The notes beneath the pieces were generated by a model. That model did no database searches. It was not told the origin of the DNA and saw only the letters and a program-made list of their open reading frames with translations. The position numbers and the translations under genes are program-made. Below, piece after piece: positions 1-9,231 of a DNA stretch of 45,858 nt. The first letter of the stretch is position 1. Every line of letters starts with the position of its first letter. Origin of the DNA: a virus (Duplodnaviria > Caudoviricetes); IMG/VR virus record IMGVR_UViG_3300015370_000002, positions 1 to 45,858 of that record; one strand, written 5' to 3'.

Positions 1-109
1 ATCTTTATTCCAATAAGGTTCGTAAGTTGCCAAAGGTATTGTCTCTACGATTGTATTTCCTAACAATATATACAAAATATTATTTTGAACATCAGCCCCT
101 TTCTGCACA
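1..109. repeat. Terminal direct repeat, copy 1 (assembly circularity overlap)
   Basis: 1-109 is identical to 45750-45858 and a reading frame continues through the join. Confidence 0.97.
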
Positions 110-498
110 CTATATCTACCACCGTTTGTCGCATCAAATAAATCAAGATACACGTCATCAGCCGCTTCTACGTCTGGTGTAAATATAATTTCTATTCCAA
201 CATCGGCTGTATTATATATCCCAGTCCCTGTACCCACTAAATAATTACCAGTACCGCCGCCAATTTCTATATAATCATTAGTAAAAGTTACAGTGCCGAC
301 CTTGGTTAGATTAAGACCGTTGCCAGATGTTTCCCATACGATAGTACTCCCGTTATTGTTGCCCATATCAGCAACAAAAGACGCTGAATTTCTATCAGTT
401 GATAATATGTTCGCACCCATAGCATCGTCTCTCGTAAAATACCAAAATGCTATACCCAGTACAACGAATGCAAGTAAAATGTATGTTATTTTTTTCAT
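1..498 (-). CDS. N-terminal part of a LamG/concanavalin-A-like receptor-binding protein; continues at 45749..44805 (480 aa in total)
   Basis: Manual translation from ATG at 498: MKKITYILLAFVVLGIAFWYFTRDDAMGANILST...GRYSVQKGADVQNNILYILL, in frame with ORF 44805..45857. Missing from the ORF track. Confidence 0.9.
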   Translation of the reverse strand, partial: MKKITYILLAFVVLGIAFWYFTRDDAMGANILSTDRNSASFVADMGNNNGSTIVWETSGNGLNLTKVGTVTFTNDYIEIGGGTGNYLVGTGTGIYNTADVGIEIIFTPDVEAADDVYLDLFDATNGGRYSVQKGADVQNNILYILLGNTIVETIPLATYEPYWNKD

Positions 499-518
499 AA
501 TTATTTGGCTAAGGTTAG

Positions 519-1499
519 CTAAAATACATAACACGAAGTGCCATTGCATTTGATATGTACACTATTGTAGTTGCCTGAAATTGTATAAGTAGATGCACCG
601 TTAATAGTTTCTGCACCCTGAGTCGCAATCGTAATATTATTTGTTCCAGCACTACCGCCCGTGTCTGAAATTACACCAACTGAATTTAGGGTTGCAGTTC
701 CTTGAGCAATAAAAGCACTTGATAATGTTACTGTGAAAGCAGCCGCGGTTGTACTAGCATTGATATGATAATCACCTACTGCAAAAGTAGTGGCAGCTTC
801 AACATACCTAGCTTTCTCAGATTTGCCAGCTCTAATTTCCAATACTGTACTAGACGCATTTCCATCATTAGAACTATCTTTAGCCAATAAAGATAAAGCC
901 GCAAAACCATCTACATTAAATGTATAACCTTGTTTTACTGTATCTCCTGCTGCTGAACTTACTGGTATATTAACTAAATCTATTAAACCACCATTTAAAG
1001 GTAACTCTAATGTACCAGCGACAAGATTGTCAATCGTAGTAGTTGTACCGTCAAACCAGGCACTGTCATTTACTTCTAAACCAGCTACTATCAAGCTACC
1101 TGCTGAAGTTAAACTATGATTGGAAGTTTGGCTGCCGAAAGCCGATACGCTATCAGCATTGATAGAAGTTGTTACTGTATAGTCTGACTTAGTTATATTC
1201 AATGTTTCTAAAACCGAACCAGCTAAAGAAACGACTGAGCCATATATTGTCCCCCAGCGATAACTAGCAGCACCTAGGTCAGCTCCTAAATCTGTCTCTG
1301 GTATAGCTGCGTCTACGTTAGCTTGTAACACCGAATAACTATTTCCAGAAATATCTTTCTTCTGGAAGCCACTATTCTCTCTTCTGCCTTCCAAGCTGGC
1401 AGTTGGTTGTAAAGGTTGATCTGTTTTTACATCAATGGTACAACCCGCAACTAACAGAACAGAGCAGATCAGTCCAAAAATTATTACTATTTTTTTCAT
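519..1499 (-). CDS. Tail-fibre/appendage-like protein with lipoprotein-type signal peptide
   Basis: MKKIVIIFGLICSVLLVAGC (lipobox-like VAGC); Ser/Thr/Gly-rich beta protein; C-terminal NNITIATQGAETING segment resembles phage fibre domains. Confidence 0.6.
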   Translation of the reverse strand: MKKIVIIFGLICSVLLVAGCTIDVKTDQPLQPTASLEGRRENSGFQKKDISGNSYSVLQANVDAAIPETDLGADLGAASYRWGTIYGSVVSLAGSVLETLNITKSDYTVTTSINADSVSAFGSQTSNHSLTSAGSLIVAGLEVNDSAWFDGTTTTIDNLVAGTLELPLNGGLIDLVNIPVSSAAGDTVKQGYTFNVDGFAALSLLAKDSSNDGNASSTVLEIRAGKSEKARYVEAATTFAVGDYHINASTTAAAFTVTLSSAFIAQGTATLNSVGVISDTGGSAGTNNITIATQGAETINGASTYTISGNYNSVHIKCNGTSCYVF

Positions 1500-1502
1500 A
1501 GA

Positions 1503-1982
1503 CTATTGGTTAGTACCGTATTTAATTTGTAATGAAGTAGTACCGGCTGTATAGCTCGATACTTGAGCATTCACGGTAGTTAATAAATCAGTATTTAAAA
1601 CAAAATTTCTTAGATCATCCGAACCAGCACAACTTATACCTGTGTCACCGTCAATAGCAGAACCATCTTCTAAGTCTATGACTTGTATGTAGTCCCAGTG
1701 ATTTGTAACTGTAGCAGCAGAAGTAAAATCTACATCTTCCGGGGCTAGATTAGACCCCGCGAATTTTACTGTTAGAGTTGGTGAGCTAGTGCAACTGAAC
1801 ATAAAGCTAACATTACGATAGCTGTCTATCCTATGTCCCGCCCCCCAGCTCGCGGTTGTTGTAGCACTAAATACTGTGCGCGCAGGTTCATATGTTCTCC
1901 CCTCTAGTAATTGGTAGCCTCCAACACTAACTCCTAATAAAGCTAGGGCACCAATCAATACTTTTACGATTATATTTTTCAT
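1503..1982 (-). CDS. Putative structural beta-sandwich protein with N-terminal hydrophobic anchor
   Basis: 159 aa; MKNIIVKVLIGALALLGVSVGG leader; lies in the head operon. Confidence 0.55.
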   Translation of the reverse strand: MKNIIVKVLIGALALLGVSVGGYQLLEGRTYEPARTVFSATTTASWGAGHRIDSYRNVSFMFSCTSSPTLTVKFAGSNLAPEDVDFTSAATVTNHWDYIQVIDLEDGSAIDGDTGISCAGSDDLRNFVLNTDLLTTVNAQVSSYTAGTTSLQIKYGTNQ

Positions 1983-1983
1983 A

Positions 1984-2547
1984 TTAGAAAAAATTCTTAA
2001 GTAAATGACTCCCCATGTTAGAGAAATCTTGATAAATTTTATAACCTTCTTCTTTTGCTTTCTTGCAAAATTCTATATCAGCATCTAGCTTTTCAACCGG
2101 ATCGGGAGCTGGATATTCAATCTTTTCCAGTACTTCTCTTTTGATTAGTGAAAAACCCATGCTAAACCAATCAACTTCTTCTAGTCCCCGGCCGATTCTG
2201 TGTTCTCCTTTTGAATAACTGCACGGCTTGCCATCTACTCCGCAGTAGTATCCTGACACAATATCTTTGTTGTGTTTGACCAACCTTTCCAGAAAGTCTG
2301 GTATTTTTGGAATTACATCCGTATCAACAAATAGAACATGGGTATAATCTTTCCAGTCCTCACCTTCAAGAAAGTTCTGTATCATTCTACGCCTAGTCCA
2401 CCAAATGGTTCGTCTTGGTCCACGCCAGAACATGATATTACATCTTTTCTCCCAAGCTAGGTCAACAAGGAACTTAGCATACTCCACTGGTAGATCATCT
2501 CTATTCTCTACTACCAATAACATTATTTTAATTTGTTTTTCATTCAT
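1984..2547 (-). CDS. GT-A fold (family 2-like) glycosyltransferase
   Basis: THVLFVDTD (DxD), DIVSGYY, MGFSLIKREVLEKI, DIEFCKKAKEEGYKIYQD and a terminal His motif. Confidence 0.8.
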   Translation of the reverse strand: MNEKQIKIMLLVVENRDDLPVEYAKFLVDLAWEKRCNIMFWRGPRRTIWWTRRRMIQNFLEGEDWKDYTHVLFVDTDVIPKIPDFLERLVKHNKDIVSGYYCGVDGKPCSYSKGEHRIGRGLEEVDWFSMGFSLIKREVLEKIEYPAPDPVEKLDADIEFCKKAKEEGYKIYQDFSNMGSHLLKNFF

Positions 2548-2602
2548 ATTAAAAATTCAGTCGGAGGGAGAAGTTTTTTAAGTTTCTCCTCCCTCAAAAC
2601 AT

Positions 2603-3352
2603 TTAATTTTCTTGAGCAGTCATTATTGCTCTATAAGCAGTAGCGGTATCACGAATAATCTTTATTTCAGCAGTATCACCAGCTAATAAGTAAGCAGATG
2701 TACTTGCATTATGTAAAGTTCCACCACCACCAATGAGTATAATTGAGGATGACGCAGTTTCAGTATTACGTAAAACTACTTCTTTCATATCTCCATCTGT
2801 GCCTAAACAATCAGCAAATAATGTAGTTGTATTAGGCAAAGTCAGTGCAGCAGTAGTCGTATTTCCTAAAGCTATAGGAATATACGCCTGATCACAGATT
2901 TGTGCAGCCGTAAAGAAATTACCAGTAGCGATAGTAGTAGATACTGTCCATGTAGTTGTAGCACCACCATAAACCAAGTTATCAAGATTGGTATCACCAG
3001 CGGTTACTGTCAGACCGGTAGCAGCTGTAATAGAAGCATCTGCGTATACAATACCATTTACTTCCATGGCTCCCTCAGCATAAAAATCACCGACAGTGGT
3101 CGGACAACCAGTTAAATGACCAGTTGAATCACAATCCGGCATCTCAGCTGAACCTATTATTGCAGCAGGACCACTAGGCATGAACTTACCAACAAGTTGG
3201 TTAGCTACAGCTGCAACAACCTTATCTTCAAAACTACCGCTAGAAGCGACAGCCTTTACAGAACTTCCCACAACTAACAAGGCAATTATAATAACTGCGA
3301 AGTTAAAGTTTAGAAAATTCTTTGCTTTCTTTTTCTTTTGTCTTTTAGTCAT
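2603..3352 (-). CDS. Putative head fibre/decoration protein with signal peptide (start re-called at MTKRQ)
   Basis: ATG at 3352 follows the stop of the upstream gene; basic N-region, then AVIIIALLVVGSSVKA; C-terminal TLPNTTTL segment resembles capsid appendages. Confidence 0.55.
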   Translation of the reverse strand: MTKRQKKKKAKNFLNFNFAVIIIALLVVGSSVKAVASSGSFEDKVVAAVANQLVGKFMPSGPAAIIGSAEMPDCDSTGHLTGCPTTVGDFYAEGAMEVNGIVYADASITAATGLTVTAGDTNLDNLVYGGATTTWTVSTTIATGNFFTAAQICDQAYIPIALGNTTTAALTLPNTTTLFADCLGTDGDMKEVVLRNTETASSSIILIGGGGTLHNASTSAYLLAGDTAEIKIIRDTATAYRAIMTAQEN

Positions 3353-3356
3353 AGGA

Positions 3357-3773
3357 TTATTTTTTAGTTTTCTTTGGTTTTTGCTTCTTGACTTTTTCTT
3401 GAACTTCGACCTCTTTTTTTGGGAGTTCTTCAAGTCTTTTCTCTTCGTCTTTCTTCTTCTTCTTACATTGAGCCTTGGCTCTTTTTATTTTCTCTTCTCG
3501 TAGCTTCTCTTCTTCCTTGGCAGCGTCCTCTGCTTGTTTTTTAGCAAGGGCTATAGCCGCCTTTTCTGCTTTCTCTTGTGCTTCTTTCTCTTTGCGATAT
3601 GCTTTGTATTCTTCCTCAGTTGCATTAATAACTTCAATAGTTGAATATAGACCTTTGACATGGCTAGCCACATCATCACCCACAACTACGAATTCATGCA
3701 CCGGAATAGACACAAACGCGTCCTTAAACCTAAATGAGAAAATTTTAGGTGTAGGATTATACATTTTTTTCAT
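3357..3773 (-). CDS. Hypothetical protein with Lys/Glu-rich C-terminus, next to the capsid gene
   Basis: 138-aa ORF in operon orientation with AT-rich leader. Confidence 0.7.
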   Translation of the reverse strand: MKKMYNPTPKIFSFRFKDAFVSIPVHEFVVVGDDVASHVKGLYSTIEVINATEEEYKAYRKEKEAQEKAEKAAIALAKKQAEDAAKEEEKLREEKIKRAKAQCKKKKKDEEKRLEELPKKEVEVQEKVKKQKPKKTKK

Positions 3774-3806
3774 AGCTTTACTTTCTTAATTAGTTATTCT
3801 GTACAA

Positions 3807-3830
3807 GGCGAGGAGGTTATCCTCCCCGCC
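3807..3830 (-). terminator. GC-rich hairpin after the major capsid gene (terminator or stabiliser)
   Basis: Minus strand GGCGGGGAGG-ATAA-CCTCCTCGCC then TTGT; the U tract is weak. Confidence 0.6.
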
Positions 3831-3843
3831 AATATAAAAGTTT

Positions 3844-4818
3844 TTATGCTCCGGCTGAATACCAATTTCCCACCCAATGTGTGTAACCAACAGCTAACTC
3901 ATGCTTAAAGGCATAAGTCATGTTACCAGTCTTTGGATCCTCAGGTCTTTCGAAATATTGAGGGCCACCATAGCGGTAAACTCTTAACAAGCTATCCATT
4001 CCCGGAAGTTTGGCTTGTAAATACCAAGCTGTAGCAGAACCACCTTGTTCACTATTTAACCAGCGAGAAGATAGAACACCTATCCTTCCTCTGTAATAGT
4101 TCAAGTCATTGTTGGTGGTCGATGGTCGTTGTTCAGAACCGGTATAGATAACAGCATTTTTCTCTAAGTCGTCAGGGACGCACAAAGTAATCATGCCCAT
4201 ATCCATTACTGGTAAACCACGATCGGTCAACTGCTTAACCAAAGCTAGACGACCAGTCTCAAGGTTTGTTTCTGTCAAAGCGATAGCACCGGCAGAAACG
4301 TTTGACTGTGCAGTACCACCGTCGGCACGTGCATGGTCAGTCTGGAATAATTCTTCATTATGATATCGATCGATATAAATACCGTTCGATGTTTGAGCTG
4401 TGCTAGCACCACCTACCAAAATTTGGAAAGCAGCTTTGGCTTCATGCATATCTACCTTTGCAGCTAGATTTGCCATCTCGTCTAGTTTAGCTCCTACTTT
4501 TTCTCTATCTTTTGCAGCATTTTCAGTAAGCTCTACACTCTTACCGTAATTACGGGCAGTGTAAAGAGTTTCGAAAGTTTTGTAATTGACAGTAGATGGA
4601 TATGGTTGACCTTCTCCGAAGTATTCAGGTAAATCATAACCAGTTAATCCTGTAGTACGTTTTACAGGGTCTTCCATATTCATGAAAGAGAACACTTGAG
4701 CTGCGGCTTCTTTGCCCTTATAAGTGATTAAGTTTTCCTCGAAAACTGCCTCAAATTTAGGACCTAAACCACGTTTGCCCAAATCTCCCATAGTACTTCG
4801 TGTTTGAATGTTACTCAT
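3844..4818 (-). CDS. Major capsid protein (HK97 fold, Mu gpT-like family)
   Basis: 324 aa; GEGQPYP, YGKSVELTE, ELFQTDH, TLCVPDDLE, TAWYL motifs; follows scaffold and decoration genes. Confidence 0.85.
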   Translation of the reverse strand: MSNIQTRSTMGDLGKRGLGPKFEAVFEENLITYKGKEAAAQVFSFMNMEDPVKRTTGLTGYDLPEYFGEGQPYPSTVNYKTFETLYTARNYGKSVELTENAAKDREKVGAKLDEMANLAAKVDMHEAKAAFQILVGGASTAQTSNGIYIDRYHNEELFQTDHARADGGTAQSNVSAGAIALTETNLETGRLALVKQLTDRGLPVMDMGMITLCVPDDLEKNAVIYTGSEQRPSTTNNDLNYYRGRIGVLSSRWLNSEQGGSATAWYLQAKLPGMDSLLRVYRYGGPQYFERPEDPKTGNMTYAFKHELAVGYTHWVGNWYSAGA

Positions 4819-4835
4819 AGATTTAGATTATGTGA

Positions 4836-5381
4836 TTAAGCCATCGCTGCACCATTGTCCCAAGCTTCGCTGTGGTTAATGGATACAAGCATTCTAGATG
4901 AATCGTCTGGGTCTGCGCCCCAGTTCTTTAGTTCTCTAACATCGGTAATGGTACGAGAATGAGTAGTCTCATCAATATCGTTTTGATCAGCTACACTTAC
5001 CCAACCACCAGCTTTGTTTGAAGAACTTGTTGTGTTCATAGTTCCTGTTACAGAACCGGAAAAAATTGCATATTTAGAAGTTTCTACTTTACAAGCAATC
5101 AAATCAACAGTTTCATTGTCAGCGGCTACGACAACTGTCTCTTGACCTGCTGCACCTGTAACTGTTGCGCTTCCTACTTCGGCAACAGAGCCTGAAATAG
5201 AATTGCCTTTTTTGTCTACGATGTCAACGATAACACCGTGAACAGCACCACCAGCAGTAGTTACTTCCAAATTACCATTTCTCAGTTTAACCATATCTCC
5301 TACAATAACAGTGTCACTGTTGTCGATAATGTGTTCATGAACCATTGAAGGTCCAAATACTTTCCAGAGTTTAAAACTCAT
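4836..5381 (-). CDS. Capsid decoration/cement protein
   Basis: VGDMVKL..G motif, beta-rich, located between scaffold and major capsid. Confidence 0.6.
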   Translation of the reverse strand: MSFKLWKVFGPSMVHEHIIDNSDTVIVGDMVKLRNGNLEVTTAGGAVHGVIVDIVDKKGNSISGSVAEVGSATVTGAAGQETVVVAADNETVDLIACKVETSKYAIFSGSVTGTMNTTSSSNKAGGWVSVADQNDIDETTHSRTITDVRELKNWGADPDDSSRMLVSINHSEAWDNGAAMA

Positions 5382-5422
5382 AATGGTAAAGTTAAATTAA
5401 TTAAATACAGCAAGTTGTTGAA

Positions 5423-6094
5423 TTAGTACCTATGCTTTGGAGCGTACTCTTTCTCACGCTCCTTGCGGTTCTTAAGAATATTCTTAGCCTGTTCCATTGA
5501 CCAGCCTTTTTCTTTGGCTAAAGTTTTAACTTCTTCAGAGACACCCTCTGATTTAGTTTTACTTTTACCACCTACTTCGGCTGAACTCATTTTATCCCTA
5601 GCATCAACCCCATCCAGTCGTGCTTTCTCAAGCTCGGCTTGGCGGTCTTTAGATGTGTTAGAGAAATCTAAGATGTCCTTAATGGTTCTTTTTAATTCAC
5701 CTCTTGCTACAAACCTACTTTCTTTCGAGGCAGTGCTATAAACACTCTCAAGAGCTGGGTCTAATAAGGTTTTTACTTTCTTAAAGTCAGCTTCGCCTAA
5801 TTCCTTTAACTCGGAATCAAACTCATCAAGTATATCAGCTCGCTTAGACAGATAGTCTGTCTTATATTGATCTGATTCACCCGAACCCTTTTTGCGTAAG
5901 CCCTTAGTTTCAATCTCCCGCTTATAATTATTAGCAGTTGATTTCCACTTATCTGCTTCCGCTTTCCAGTCTTTATCCTCTTCGTCTTCGTTTGTAGAGG
6001 TGTCTCCCTCATCTTCATCAGACGTGGTTTCTTCGATGTACTCCTGGGAGTCATCAAGAGTGTCCTTCTCTTCATCAATGTAATCGTCTTCCAT
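5423..6094 (-). CDS. Capsid scaffolding protein
   Basis: Very acidic N-terminus, coiled coil, C-terminal LAKEKGWSMEQAK helix pair; synteny. Confidence 0.7.
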   Translation of the reverse strand: MEDDYIDEEKDTLDDSQEYIEETTSDEDEGDTSTNEDEEDKDWKAEADKWKSTANNYKREIETKGLRKKGSGESDQYKTDYLSKRADILDEFDSELKELGEADFKKVKTLLDPALESVYSTASKESRFVARGELKRTIKDILDFSNTSKDRQAELEKARLDGVDARDKMSSAEVGGKSKTKSEGVSEEVKTLAKEKGWSMEQAKNILKNRKEREKEYAPKHRY

Positions 6095-6214
6095 ACAGAT
6101 TTAATTTAATTTAAGGTCTTTTTTAGGGCAGATAGACCGACTGCCATTAAACCTGATGTCCCAGTATCAATCCTCCGGCTGATATTGGAACACCAGTGTT
6201 AAAATGTAAAAGAG

Positions 6215-6637
6215 CTAGTTTCTTATATGCGCCATTCTGATAGGCATTCTATATTTCTTATAGAAATGATCCCTTATCTCTGCGCCTTTTTCGTCAACTT
6301 CAAACAGTATGTTGCGATTTTTGATTGGTTCTCTTTCTCCATCTGCAAAAACAACTACGCCACCAACCTCTGGATTACCTAATATCTTGTAAAGATATTC
6401 AGCATGCTCCTCATTCTCATACTTATTAATCCCAGGCTTTAAGGCAACTGTTTCACTCATGCTGTAATTTGGATGATTTAATATCTCTGCCTTCTGTAAT
6501 TTGTATTTAGGGTCATTCGGATCTAAATCTGAAAGAAACTTGCCTGTTGGGGAAGGGCTTTCTTGTGGATTGGTAATAGGGTGTTGAGTCATCTTAAACT
6601 CCAACCTGTCTTCTCCTTTGTAATTTAATATAATCAT
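6215..6637 (-). CDS. Hypothetical protein
   Basis: 140-aa ORF in the head operon. Confidence 0.7.
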   Translation of the reverse strand: MIILNYKGEDRLEFKMTQHPITNPQESPSPTGKFLSDLDPNDPKYKLQKAEILNHPNYSMSETVALKPGINKYENEEHAEYLYKILGNPEVGGVVVFADGEREPIKNRNILFEVDEKGAEIRDHFYKKYRMPIRMAHIRN

Positions 6638-6671
6638 ATTATTAATTAATTAAGTTATACATTCTCGACCT

Positions 6672-6959
6672 TTAATATTCTTCTACTGTTGATTCATAGC
6701 CACCACCTACTGACACTGGCTCTTCCGGCACCCTACTCTGTTTAATCTGTACCTGTATGCTCTCAACAAAGTTCACATATCCTAAGTATCTTTCTTCTTT
6801 GGTCCTACCATATAATTGGTAACCTGCTTGTCTATGCAATTCAAGAAAGTTCTCCATGCCCTCTATCTTTGCTAATTCACCAATTATCCTCTGTTCATCA
6901 TGGGTGTTCATTGTTATAATCCGCGGCTCTTTATCTAATAGTTTTTTTAAGAATTTCAT
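6672..6959 (-). CDS. Hypothetical protein immediately after portal
   Basis: ATGA overlap with the portal stop codon. Confidence 0.7.
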   Translation of the reverse strand: MKFLKKLLDKEPRIITMNTHDEQRIIGELAKIEGMENFLELHRQAGYQLYGRTKEERYLGYVNFVESIQVQIKQSRVPEEPVSVGGGYESTVEEY

Positions 6960-8866
6960 ACTGTGCTCATTTCATTTACCTGTTTACGCTCGGGCTGTTT
7001 AACTTGTTGCCCAGGTTGCTGTCCAGGTTGCCCAGGTACAGCTCCCGGCATGCCGGGCATCATCTGTGGCTGTTTGGTCCTAGCACTAGAGACATCCTTG
7101 CCAAACTTCCTATTCAACTCATCAAAACCATAATCTCTATCAAACTTATCAGCATACATTTCCATCATAATCTTTTGGTAATTAATCTCAGAGATTTGCC
7201 TTTGCACCTCAGTCTTACCAATAGACGATTGCATAACAATCTTAATATCCATCTCCATTGACTTCAAAGCGCGCGGTTCAATCTCAATAATCTCCATGCG
7301 TTGTAGAGAGTCTTCAACTTTGTTGTCCTTTACCTTATCTACAACTGAGATTTGTACCACTCCACTTTTACCACTACTTAGTTTTTGGTCCCTCAAAACA
7401 ATTCGCTTGTACTCTTTGCCCTCGATAGGTAAAGCATAGAACTGTACTTGATTAGCTAAACGCAGTATGTTCTTCTCTCTTGCGCCCTTTTCCATTAACT
7501 TTAAGAACAAAGATACCAACTCCATAGCGGCTTGTTGCTCAACTTCAATCTGTGTTGCAGTCTTTCCTTTGCCACCCGTACCACCAATCACCTCGCTAGC
7601 GACAATTGATTGCTCATTTCTTTGGGCCATGATCTGATATAAAGCCACAGAAGAAGTAGAAGGCTCCGGGATTGGAAGCACTTGGAACTTAGGAGTACCG
7701 TCAGACCAGTCAGTTGTAATAACATTGTTAGGTTGTAAAAAGCCCTTGGTCATAGCACTTGCTGTCTGCCCGTCAGCCAATACAGGGTTTGAAACAGACA
7801 AAGTAGCTTGATCCATGATCCTATCGAACAGCCCATCTTTTGAATCACAATCAGCCACTAACTTGTCAATGATTGACCGGCCATAAAAGAAGCCAGCGTC
7901 AAACGGTTCAAACACCGCAGCCCAGAAAGGTAAGACTGGCCTGCCATATTTACGCCAAGGAAGCGGTGATACAGTGTGCTTTCCCTTAGGGTTAATCCAT
8001 ATTTTATTGGCTAAAATAACATATTCATCGTTTTTCTTGTCAAACTTTCTTACAACTTCTATCTGATTACTCTTAACATCTTCACTGTTCTTCCAGAAAG
8101 GAGTGCTATTATCCACCACGCTTGCCTCCATTGTCGTCACTTTATCAGCATCGATGTACCCACCAAACTCAGTTTTGAACTCATCTTCACTCATTATTGA
8201 CCGTAAATAACAATCATCCATATCAGCTACAGCGCCCGGTCGGACCATAACATCACCAGGGACAAAGTCCTCAAGGTTTATAATCCTTGATCGAACATCG
8301 TTCCACTCGTTGATTTCTTTCTCTGTATACTCAAACTCACCTGTCTCTGGGTTAAGGTTTGTAAGTTCTTTTGCCTTTATAGTACCAAAATACCAGTCTT
8401 CCATGCCAATAACAGTACCTTTCTCTGATGCTTCCATCATCTCTAAAACAACTTGGAAATCATCGTCGTTGATATTGGCACCATGCTTAAGCATGTAGTT
8501 GGCCAACTTCTCTTTAAAAAATTCAGTATTATTTAACTCATTCATACTAAATGCAACCGCTTCCATACCACGCATAGCAAGCTTTGATAGAATACCAATA
8601 AGCTTCTCGTTGGGAGTAGTAGAGGCGAGATTAGATTGCCAATTGCGCTTGTGAGCTGGTCGCTTTTTGTATTGAACAAAGCGCTTGACGTTGTCATCAA
8701 TGTATTCCTTAAGAGTCCTACCCCGGAGAAGGTCTTGCTCTAAGTCACGATTAGACTTAGCTTCTGTATACTGACCCCAAACAAAATCAGCCACCTCAGC
8801 TCTATCTAGAGTTTGGGGGCTTGTTTCTTGAGCTGACTTGTCCATTTCTTCTTTAATATTTGGCAT
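6956..8866 (-). CDS. Portal protein (P22-like); start re-called at MPNIKEE, 636 aa
   Basis: FYGRSIIDKL, KTATQIEVEQQ and Q/P/M-rich C-terminal tail; downstream of terL. The upstream ATG at 8923 lies inside a hairpin. Confidence 0.85.
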   Translation of the reverse strand: MPNIKEEMDKSAQETSPQTLDRAEVADFVWGQYTEAKSNRDLEQDLLRGRTLKEYIDDNVKRFVQYKKRPAHKRNWQSNLASTTPNEKLIGILSKLAMRGMEAVAFSMNELNNTEFFKEKLANYMLKHGANINDDDFQVVLEMMEASEKGTVIGMEDWYFGTIKAKELTNLNPETGEFEYTEKEINEWNDVRSRIINLEDFVPGDVMVRPGAVADMDDCYLRSIMSEDEFKTEFGGYIDADKVTTMEASVVDNSTPFWKNSEDVKSNQIEVVRKFDKKNDEYVILANKIWINPKGKHTVSPLPWRKYGRPVLPFWAAVFEPFDAGFFYGRSIIDKLVADCDSKDGLFDRIMDQATLSVSNPVLADGQTASAMTKGFLQPNNVITTDWSDGTPKFQVLPIPEPSTSSVALYQIMAQRNEQSIVASEVIGGTGGKGKTATQIEVEQQAAMELVSLFLKLMEKGAREKNILRLANQVQFYALPIEGKEYKRIVLRDQKLSSGKSGVVQISVVDKVKDNKVEDSLQRMEIIEIEPRALKSMEMDIKIVMQSSIGKTEVQRQISEINYQKIMMEMYADKFDRDYGFDELNRKFGKDVSSARTKQPQMMPGMPGAVPGQPGQQPGQQVKQPERKQVNEMSTV

Positions 8867-9231
8867 AATATATATTTTAAAAACCCTACTGAATAGCAGG
8901 GTCTTGTTCTTTATGAGACGCAACTACGCAAAAATCTCATAATGAACAAGGCCTTAATACTCATTATGTGCGTAGTTGCGATTGAATTGTTTAATATGGC
9001 TTTTTTACAAGCAAGTTGACAGACAAGTTTGCACACTCTAAATAGAAATTTATCCACAGATTTATAAAAAAGGAGAGCACCTGTCTGTCAACCTGCCTAT
9101 AAAGGCAGGTAAATATGGGCCGAATGGTCGAAATACCATCACCAACCATTCTAAAAATCCTGGCTTATCCCCAGGGTAGAACTTAGCAAAAGAGGCCACT
9201 CTATTGCATAAGCTCTATTCTAGGGGTAATT

